Positions 1-11,100 of a DNA stretch of 64,000 nt are shown piece after piece. The stretch covers positions 30,442,001 to 30,506,000 of the forward strand of contig JBHGNT010000001.1 in NCBI GenBank assembly GCA_043228905.1, given 5' to 3'. The first letter of the stretch is position 1; each line of letters opens with the position of its first letter. This stretch comes from Azolla caroliniana. Lineage: Eukaryota > Plantae > Polypodiophyta. The position numbers were made by a program, and so were the translations under genes. The notes beneath the pieces were generated by a model that saw nothing but the letters and a program-made list of their open reading frames with translations, was not told the DNA's origin and did not search any database.

Positions 1-6
1 TTTAAA

Positions 7-248
7 GCCCTAACCCTAATCCTGATACAGAGAGAGGTGCATGTAGCATGAGGAGTTTTTGTTCCGAACGCGAAAGACACTGAACCCTAACCCTGATTCC
101 TAGAGGAGTACTTCTAGCCAACAAGAAGGGAAAGGGGCAGGGGCATATCGATCAAAACCTTTAACTTAACCTAAACCCTAACCCTAACCCTAACACATAG
201 AGAGGTGTTTCCAAAAGCGAAGTTTTGCTTAAAACACCCTAACCCTGA
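7..248. repeat. Degenerate telomere-like (CCCTAA/CCCTAAA) repeat clusters
   Basis: ccctaaccctaa at 8-19, aaccctaaccct at ~84-95, cctaaaccctaaccctaaccctaac at ~170-194, accctaaaccct at ~236-247. Confidence 0.6.
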
Positions 249-2160
249 TCCATGCAATTGCTCTGTTGTTGTTGTTGTTTTTTTTCTTTTTAAACCAAGA
301 GGGGCATTTCCTGGGAATAACAGAAACATGAGTAAGGAGCGTTTCCGGAAACGAAGATAAAACTGTCGGGTATGTATTTGTTCGGGAGTCCTTCGGGTTC
401 CGATGACGAGTCCTTTTTTTATTGCCATCCCTTCAATCTCCGAATATTCATAATTTTTTATTAACTTTCTTATATGAAATGGGATCTCCATTTGAATGAT
501 GGATAGATAGATAGTTAGTTAAGAAGATCGTTCCCGCTTTGCCCAACACCCTCTCTGTAACCTCTTTGGGATGAATAATCCTTGGGATATGTAGTTCTAC
601 ATGAGATGTTAGTTTCAAGAGCCTCCATGGCCCTCCAAGAGACGTTGTTGACCCTAGGAACACCTAGATTTAACTTAGCCAAAATCACCATGTCATGAGA
701 CTCGTCTCACTATTTATTTGCATCATATGTTGTTGGTGAACAAGTTTGCGGGCCAAAGTATCGCTCTATGAAATGTTGTTAGTCTCTTCCAATCCCCTAC
801 GTGCGCATTTGTCTCACGATCTCACAATTTGTGATATACCCATTTGCCATGCTTGTTACTCGAATATTCTTGAATATTGAGAGTTGCGTATCAACGCTGT
901 ACATAGTACATGAAAAATGTTTCATATTTTACATGAGAAGGACAATAAGGATGTCTCGCTTTTTGTTTGTAATAATAATAATACTTGTTCTCACGCTTTG
1001 TAGCTTCTCTCCTCTCATGTCTTTTCAAGAAGAACTAGAATGATCTGAAGTCCGCATAAAGTACATCGATCATCGTGTAGCCTAGTTTAGAAGCGGATAT
1101 TGGAGGTATGTATTGGCACAAACATGACAAGAATCACAAAGAATTGAATAAAAACTGGAGAACAATCTAGAAAGAGCCTAGTTACGCAATAACTCCCAAA
1201 AGGTCCATTTGTAAGGGAATGCAGTTGGCAAAGGGTGAGACGTGAGACGCAGCTCCAAGATAATTGCCAAAACTATAACAAGATTCAAGCAATAATTGAT
1301 ATACCAAACATGGCCAAAATTAGGTTTTTGGCAACGAGAACATTTGGAGAAACAAAAGATACAAGTTTTGGAGCCAAAGATGCACAACATTTGAATTTTC
1401 GAGATTGGAAAATGGAATTGGTGTTCTCGTTGCATGAAGGACCAATCATAGAGCAACTAGTGAACAAAAAAGATTAAAAAAAAAAACCATGGCTTAATCA
1501 ATCATAAAAGAACCTCTCAAAAAAGTTTGAAAACCATAGCAAAATTTGAATTATGAGGACATGGAAATAGCACAAACCCAATGAATGAATGAATGCATAA
1601 TCATAAATATTAAGTTCTGAGTGGATTCATTGGGGAAAACTCTCGATAGGTAACTATGTAGTATGTAAGTAATGAGAATAAATGAGAAATTAAATTTCAG
1701 AAATTAATAAATAGGGAAAATAAATAAATAATAAATGGGTTTTGTAGGGGGGGGGGGGGGGGGGGAGGTGATGGGAACAGGGGAGGGTCCACGTTGTACG
1801 TGATGCGATAAAAAAGGAAGGAAACAAATGATTGCCTCAAGGACATGATTAATGAATTACTACTACTGTAACATAAATCCATGCATATACATACATAATG
1901 TAATCAAATGATTCTGTCTCTGTCTCTGTTTGCTGCCTCTGACAATAGAAACAGAGGCTTCATGCAAGGCAGAGGAGGAAGAAACAGAGGAGGATAATAC
2001 ACAAAAGCCAAAAGAAGCAGCAGAAGTAGAAGTAGTAGTAGTAGTTGAAGAAGAAGGGACGGTCGCTGCAGAGGCAAGAAGGCAATCTGCAGGAGGACCA
2101 CACAACGTCTTAGAAGGAAAATCAAGAAGCAAAAGGAGGGTGAAAGAAGAAAAAAAAGTC

Positions 2161-5100
2161 ATGGAAGGCTCATGTGTTGGCATTCCTCATGCTCCATCCC
2201 CCAAGCCTATTATCTTGTTCCATCTTCCTACCTCAAGATCTCTGTATAGAAATCCTCATAACACTCTCATGGAAGACAAAATCGCGATGTCACGTTACAT
2301 CCATTTACTGGAGGCGGCAAAACCTCGTGTTGTTGGAAGACCCCGAAGCCATTGTCCTTTCTACAGAGATCACAATCAGAGGATGATCTTCTCTCCTTCA
2401 ACAGCAAGAAAGAATCCCTGCTACACTCACTACTCCATCTCCATCTCCAACTGCCATGCTGTGGATATATCCTCTAGTTCTGTTTCCTCAACCTCATCAC
2501 CGTCACCATCGCCATCACCGTCTTCATCTTCTTATACCAAAGTTATGGAAACCGCGAATTTTCCTTCATCTACTTTGCCTTTGGTTTTGGAGTCTGCCCA
2601 TAAAGACAGAGAATCTCAGGTTAGCTTTGTGAATTGGTTCCGAGAGGCATGGCCGTATGTTCGGGGGCATCAAGGTAGCACATTTGTTCTCATCATTTCT
2701 TCAGAGATCATCGATAGCCCTTCATTCGATGGCGTGTGCCAGGTCCTTCTCTACTTCTCTTTATTGATTGGCGGTAACTAAAATTGTTATTTGAGCAAAG
2801 CTCCCTCCCAAATTTACCCCCCCCCCCCCCTCCCTCTTCAAAACAAAAACCTTGATGTCTTGGACTCATCTACCCTTTCCTCTCTATCAGGGGGTTAGAC
2901 AAGTGGCATTTTGAGAGGGAATTGTTTGGGAATGAAGCAGCAGTTTTACACAAACACACATACACCCACATAATATATGTTCTTTTGCATATATATGTAT
3001 ATATTTGAATTAGGAATTCTATGCTCTTATTGGAGAGCACCATACTTCTGCTCACATTGATGCATCAATGCAATCCGATGAAAACACTGCAATATGTATT
3101 TTTTCAAAGTGAGATGTTCATACATGGTGCTTTCCTATTTTGATAGGACCTATCTCTCCTTCATGGACTCGGAATCAAACTGGTCATCATACCTGGAACA
3201 CATTTGCAAATTGACAAACTCCTATATGCAAAAGGTACATTGATTCACTGGCAGTAAGAAAATTTGATTTGATGGAAAAATATGTTCTTTTGAGAAGGAT
3301 CATGCTTACAATATAATAAATAATTACACTAGGTTTGGTTTGAATAAGCAATGAGACAGGAAACAGGAAAAGTCTGTCCAAAAACATAAATGAGGTTGTA
3401 GTGAATGTAGTAGATATATCTCCTGTTCAGGGAAAAAACCATTGGATGCATCACACGTTGCCCTTTTTTCAGATTTGAGCGATTTGATGGCTTGTTTCTG
3501 CATGTGGCCACTATACTAGCCCGGTATTTGAGTTTCTCTACATATTGAAAATTCGTTTACTTGTTTCACATCAGCTCCTGGGTCGACAATTTCTTGCATG
3601 TGACTGATGTTCTGGTCAAACACTGGTGGTACATGCCATGCTTTAGGTGCTTGAGACTGTTGCTTTTGTGTAGGTTCTTTCTGCAGACCTTCTTTAATTT
3701 CTACTGACCTTCTTCACTTGAACTTCTTTCCTCTTTGATTCTTTCATGAGGATTTAGGAACACACGAAAACATTTTCCACAGAGGTTATCATCACTTTCA
3801 CAAAGTATTTCATCACCTTCCAACTGTAATGTGAAAACATGGGCTTGTTTCCATAACAATGCTGAGCCCATGCGCTTTTCTCTTGCCAATCAGCATTTAC
3901 ACGAAGGAAAAAAACTCATCCCCTTGCAACTGTACTCTGAAAACATACATCTCATAATAATAGTCTTTGAAAAATATGTGCACCTTGTTATAGAGATGTC
4001 TACATTATGAGCCTATGTACATCGTATGCTACTGAACCATTTAAAAACACTTAATATTTATTAAGGACACTGAATTATGACGGTTTTGATTTGCAACTTT
4101 GATGATTGCAGGTCATAAGCCATACTATGCTGGATCATATAGAATCACAGATGATGCAGCTCTGGAGGCTTCCATGGAAGTTGCAGGAAAATTTCGACTA
4201 GGTATAGAAGCAAAGCTCTCTTGTCAACCTTCTATCCCTGTGCTACGTCGCCATGGTGACAATGACCGATGGCACGTCGGTGTTAGTGTTGCTAGTGGCA
4301 ATTTTGTTGCTGCGAAGGTCAAAAACCTAACTTGAATCTATGTTTGCCTTCTTAACATTATTCTGCATGTTTGTTATTTAATGGCATGTGAGAGTCAAAC
4401 TGTGTGTAACAAATTGTTTTGGAGGGGCTAGAAGTATATTTGGCTATGCAAGTTATTTGATTAGAACTTATTATCTTAATTGTGGCAATTTTTCTTGGAA
4501 GTGTGAACCTTATATTATCTCCGAAGGACTTTCCTTTGATGTGCAACTATCAAGAAATATTGAATCAATATTGTTTGTTCATAATTTGTTTTTTGGTACC
4601 TGAATTTGGGAGTCCTTACTTATTGTCAAATTTCAATTAATATAGTTGAACTTTTACTGTCCATACAACATCGAAGAGGTGTTGTTGATGGAATTGTTAC
4701 ATATGCAATTCCATACCAATACGAGGTAGAATTGTTACTCGTGCAAACTCAAATACCAAGGTATATAGAGCATAAATGTCGTTGGGTTGCATCCCTCGCC
4801 TCTTATGGTGGCACAATACAAAAACCATTACATCTTTGTAATTTCTAGCCATACATGTTTAGCATTGACACGAGGATGTGGTAAGTGAGGTCTGATGGTG
4901 CATGGGGTTTGTCGAATGACCTTCATTTGTATTTCATAGTTGACCACCATAAATGTAGATGTGGTCGCAATCTTCAGATTCAACTTTGTCAAAATTCCTA
5001 CATCTTTATAATGCTAGTTTACACGAGGGGTAATGGCACATACCGCCAAACTATCATAAGAAGTCCCTATACTTGTGGCCATGCTTAGTTGTGCTCGACT

Positions 5101-8100
5101 ACTAGTCGAGCCCCACTAACTATCATATCATACACATCCAAACTATAGGATCTTGCATGAGGCAATTTGTTCAAAGCGATGATGGTGATGGCAAACATGT
5201 TTGCCCAACAAAGTAATTACAATGCTAGCTCGTTGTAAATATTGTAATCAAACATCCTTAACTCAATTTAACTTTAATTTGAAGCAATTAGATATTTGTA
5301 TTATTTGGGAATTTGATATCGTCGGAGGACAATTTGGGGAATCTAATCAATTGGTAAATTTCTCGAACTACATTTAAAGTGCTTTTCTATTCCAATAGCC
5401 ATCTAAGCAATAAAGTTTGGAATGGAGTGAGCAACTCCCTTAGAGGAGTGAGAATATTGGAAATCCAAAACTGGAGAAGGAATTCTAGAGATGAGAAAGG
5501 CGTTTCCAGGGAAATCTTGAAAAATACAAAGGTAATAAATAACATGTCATAAATGTCCAAAAGGCCACAACTAGGTTTAGTGCGCCAATGGGAGTTATGA
5601 AACTCCGAAGGGCAAATCGGGAATTTCATAATAAGAAAAAAGAGAAGGGTCATTCTATAGTAAAATTCTCTCTACCCCCCAACGTAACAAAGTCGGACGT
5701 AAAAGACCTTTTGTCTATTTGTCTTGGGGGGGGGGGGGGGTGGGGTTCCAAGTGGTAAGAGTAAGATAGCAAATGTGAAGGAAATCCAGAAGGGCAATTT
5801 GGGAATTTCATGAAAAGCTTGGATAGGCCATTTTAGTAAATACAAAGAAAGGTTCTAACTGAAATAAACGACCCCATATCAGTGCAGGGGGAAACAGGGG
5901 GAAACAGGGGGCGGGAAGACACAGAAGAAACAGACAGAGAAACAGAGAGAGGCAGAGAGTTTCCTGATTGCCTATGGCTCATGTAAATACCATCTCTCCC
6001 CTCCTCCTCTTCTTTATATGGAAATCTTGTATCATATTTCAGGTCTGCAGTATATTTGTTCTGATCCCTTCCTCTTGTGAGACATGGTCTCTTCCTCCTC
6101 TCACAAGGAGCCTCCTCACACAGCAATGCCTTGCTCCTCTCCAGCTACCCTCCATCACACCTCCCCATCTCTGCTTCTCTAACTCCTCCCATAAGTCCCT
6201 GTTGCCTACAATGCTTTCTTGGTCTTCCAGCTCTCTCTTTTTCTCCACGAGAGGCCCCGATCACGCGGATCGTTCCATCTTCTCCCTTCCATCCTCTCCT
6301 GTTCATGGTCACACATTACATCCCATGAATTATGCAACTTTCCGGATCGCACAAGTCTCAAATTTCATGCCCCCATCATCATCTTCCTCCATGTCTACAT
6401 CAGAAACCTCAGATTCAATGGAATTCAAATCGCCATCGTCTTCATCTCCATCCATGTTGGAAACCTTTCCAAATGCCAGTGACCACCACCATCACCATCA
6501 CCATCACCACCACCACCACCATCCTCATGAAGATTCGGACCGAAATAGTGCTGATCCAGCAAAAAATGGACCGGCTTGCCTTATCAAGGGTAATCTCCAC
6601 CTTGCTTCTTGCCATTGTTGGTCACATTTCTGGTTCCATGGAGAACATGTAGCTCCACCTCATTTCTCCGGCCATGACCGTTCTGACTGTGAAATGACCC
6701 TCTCATTCGAAGGCATATTCGTTCGAACCTCCCACAAGCAAATGGTTTGCATGCTAGGATGTGCCGATCGACCTTTTATGATGCCAAAAAACTCGTCATC
6801 GTCAAATATTCCTCAATATGGACCAGAACTTCATCTCTATCCAAAATGTGCTCCGGGACATGGTTGCAAAGAAGGTATCAGATATGCACCCCCAAGGATT
6901 CCAACCATTAGAGACTGTGAAATCAGCCTTCAGCTTGTTTATCCTTCAAAGCTTACGATTCGCACTTTTTCGACTCAAGGCACAGTTTCAAGCTTGAGGA
7001 AAAGAACAGATCCCCTCTACTTCGACACTCTCGCTCTATCGGCCGTTTACAAATACATGCCATCCCAGTTCGAACACTCTCCTGGGTACCCGACTTGCAA
7101 AGAGGTGACTGAATTCAAGTGGGAGAAAACCCCTTTACGTTGTAATGATCTAAAAAATGTGTTTGATGATTTGCAATTGATCATGGACTTTGAAGAGCAA
7201 AACATGCATTCAGGTAATGCAAGCAAAATGGGGCCTTTTAGTACAGCTTTCTTGCCCAACATGACAGTGACAAGATCAGCCCTTGTGCACGAAATTTCAT
7301 GTAAAGAGCATGGAAATGTTTTTCAGGTTAGGTTTTATATAACGGCAGGTATAGAAACCCCACATGACACTGATGGTTCACGTAGAGAATACCTCCTTCG
7401 GTCTTCTGATAAGCTTACTATTTCAGCTGAAGGTCTGGTAAATCGGACTACAGGGCAGCTTTGCCTAAAAGCCTGCTCATTGACACATGGTTCAACCCAA
7501 TCATCATCAGATCCTACATTCAGAGAGAAAGAACAACATCGAGAACATGATGATGGATATAATTGTAACATAGGAATTGATCTGGATATCAATCCATATA
7601 TTAGTCTTTCGAAGCGATGGATCGTAGAAGGACGCCTCTTTTCTACACGAATCGATGAGTTCTCATTTCCGCCACTTAAACTACAAACATTGTGGCCATC
7701 CAAGTATGAGAGGCATAAGAGAGTCTCACACCCCATCACCTACAAGTATACAAGAATCGATGAAGCAGAGATCGACATCAATAACGATATGCTCATGAGC
7801 AACGAAATGATCATTTGGGATGGCCACCTTGAAGGAAGCGTATATCCAACGAATTCTCCCAATGATACCTGCCACTTGAACTTGGCTCGTAAGCTGAGCT
7901 TCGAAGCAACATCATTGGCAATCTCACATGAACCACTTCTGAAGGAAGGCATATATCTCAAAGTGGAGGTCATCGCGATAGAGTCATGTGTGTTGTTAAA
8001 AGACCAAATAAAGGCTGAAAAGCATAAATTCGATTCAGGATCCGAGTATGATGAATTAGGGTTCCTCAGGATAGGTGTAGAGATGTGGATGGAGAGACAC

Positions 8101-11100
8101 CACATCGTTGCTGAAGGATTATATGATTCTACCCGTGGAATGATGAAGCTTATCGGGTGCTCTTCTCCTCTAACAGAGTTCTCGGACAATGTGACTGATA
8201 CAGATTTCAATAACAATATCTTGGATTGTGATATTCAAATCAGTATACAATACCCTGCACTTAATAATCGCAGATGGTTTGAGACCTTGCGATGGATGGT
8301 ATCCATAACAAGTACTAGGCCCCCTAATGACAAGAGTTTTTTCAAGCCTATAAACATTATTCTGGGTCCATATTCTTTACATAACACAGAAAGGGAAGAT
8401 GTCTCCCACAAGATAGTGCATTCTGTGCTGCAACTAGTTGCACTGCTCGGATGTCTATATTGTATCTTAGAACAGTTAGCTGTCAATGCATGTCCATTAA
8501 AGCTCAGAGATAATCCTTATCCCTTTTGTTCTCTTACAATGCTATTTTTCCAATGGACTGGAATGGTGCTCCCTTTGGCAATGTATCTGTTCTCTCTCAT
8601 AACTGACCCTGTTTCATCACTAATCCCAAAGGTTCATGATCAAGATCCTTTGGTAATGGAGCTTATAGAAGCCCTAATCAACATAGCAAGATCTCTTTGT
8701 TGCTTTGCTTTAATATTCCTCTTCATTTCCGTGAAGAGAGCGAGAAGGGAACAACATCGAGCCAAGGCCATGGAATACTTAGTCATGGAGATATGCATAG
8801 CAATATACATGGTTATGTTTGTGCTATGTATGGCAATGGGAGCATTGGACACCATGGAAACTAAGACCATGGCCATGTCAAGGAGCTTCTGGTTATTCTA
8901 TGTGACTACCGCAACCAGATGGAAGACAGACTTGGAGGAATTTGGTGGGTATTTGCTTGATCTCTTCTTGTTACCTCAAGTAGTTCAGAATTTTGTAGTG
9001 TGGACCCAGAAAAGAAGAATTCTGGTTCCCCTGTTCTACATAGGCATCACCATCATGCAGAGTGGCCTTCATCTTCACCATCTCTTCTTCTGGAAGTGGA
9101 AGGCTCCAGAGACATCAGAGAAGCCTAGTATAGCTCTTGAGCTCAGTCTTCCATGTCTTTCCATTCTGCTTGCACTCACTCTTCATCTTCAACAAACTAA
9201 GGTGATAATGACTAATGTGCCTATCAAATTCCGCTGGCTAAAGAAATCTATGAAGGGATCCTAAATCCCAATCTCATCAATCACAATTCGTGGGCGAGAA
9301 GCGATTATGAAATACAAATGACGGTCATTCGACAAACCCCATGCACCATCAGATCTCACTTACCACATCCTCGTGTCAATACTGAACATGTATGGTTAGA
9401 AATTACAAAGATGTAATGGTTTTTGTATTGTGCCACCACAAGAGGCGAGGGATGCAACCCAACAACGACATTTATGCTCGATATACCTTGGTATTTAAGT
9501 TTGCACGAATAACAATTCTACCTCGTATTGGTATGGAGGTGGTGTTGATGGAATAGTTATAATTTATGCGGTTGAACTTTTACTGTCCATACAACAGCGA
9601 AGAGGTGTTGTTGATGGAATCGACTACCGACAAACTGGAGAAGTGAGGCGATTAGATGTTGCTCGTATAAAAAAGAGGCTAGAAGACAACTGCATTGTGA
9701 TTCTGTCAAACCTTGGGTATTCAAGTGCTGGAGAGGTTCTAAATTGCAAGTATGTGTGTCATTTTCACATTGTTTATTTAGTTAATATAAAAAAAAGTTT
9801 CAGCACATGTAACCTGACTGGTAACACTTGCTCCAACTAAGTGATCTCACAAATTATGACATGAAATCAAAGAAATGTTGAAAGGTAGTTATACGAAGCT
9901 CATTTTTTATTCAGTTTACAAGAGGTTCTAAATTGCAAGTGTGTATGTTATTTCCACAATGTTTGGAAGCTTTATGGATTTACTGTGAAAAAGAGTTTCA
10001 GCAAAATGTAACCTGATTGTTAACACTTCCTCCAACAAAGTGATCTCACAAATTACAACATGAAACCAGAGAAAGTTGAAAGGTAGTATATGAATTTTAT
10101 ATTTCATTTTACAAGAGGTTCTAAATTGCAAATATGTGTATCATTTCCACATTGTTTGGAAGCTTTATGGAGTTAATATAAAAAAGAGTTTCAGCAAAAT
10201 CCAAAATTATCTCACAAATCATGAGATGAAACCACCAAAATGTTGAAAGGCAGTTATCGTAATACGAAGCTTATTTTTAATTCCTTTTTACCTCTCGTAT
10301 GTCATGTCCTCAATTGTTTAGAAGCGTTACGGAGTTAATATAAAAAAAGAGTTTCAGAAAAATGTGACCTGACTGATAAAACTTACTCCAACAAAGTGAT
10401 CTCACAAATTGCGACATGAAACCAGAGAAATTTTGAAAAGTAGTTATATAAGCTAATTTTTTATTTCATTTTACAGCACATATGAAGTTGCAACTGCCTG
10501 TGCGGTAGAGCTTCAAGCAGATAAACTTATAAGCTTAATAGATGGTCCTTTGCTGGATGAGAATGGTCGAAGTATTAGGTTTATGACACTTCAAGGTGCA
10601 GATAGGCTTATCAGGAAGTGGGCAGAACAAAGTGAGACAGCTGCGAATTATGTCAAAGCAGTTGGGGGTATCAACTATGTAAAGAGCTTGGGTCTGGAGT
10701 CAAGAAATTTGAAGGAAGTCAGTATCATTAATGGTAGCATGAATAATTTGCTCAAAAGCAATCGGATGGATACCATTAATGGGAATGGGGATGCATCACA
10801 AATTGGGCAGGGCCTTGCGATTGGTGGTCAGGAAAGGCTTTCCAGAGAATATGGTTATCTATCAGAGCTCACAGCTGCAGTATTTGTTTGCAGGGTAATG
10901 AACCTTATTTGAAAGTATCTGAAAAGCTGACATCATGCTGAGTATGCATAGATTTGAGTATGTAATGCATTCTCTTTGTTAGGGTGGTGTGAGGAGGGTG
11001 CATTTATTAGATGCTAAGGTTGAAGGCGTACTACTTCTGGAACTATATACACGAGATGGTATCGGAACTATGGTTGCAAGGCAAGCTCTTGAACCCATCC

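Noticed and set aside
1746-1765. Poly-G and poly-C runs (also ~2817-2830 and ~5726-5740) as G-quadruplex regulators
   Set aside because: Simple homopolymers with no supporting evidence; lengths unreliable
1930-2160. Glu-rich in-frame extension upstream of the first NAGS ATG, and the antisense ORFs 1863-2183 and 1904-2125
   Set aside because: Starts at a non-ATG codon and is made of GA-rich low-complexity sequence typical of a 5' UTR or promoter; no recognisable homology
4606-4848. ORF containing RRGVVDGI, resembling a NAGS exon
   Set aside because: It is the dead duplicate of the exon-4 start (AG->AT) running into the inverted repeat, not a usable exon
7047-8876. Several antisense ORFs within the DUF2921 gene
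   Set aside because: Shadow ORFs of the long sense reading frame
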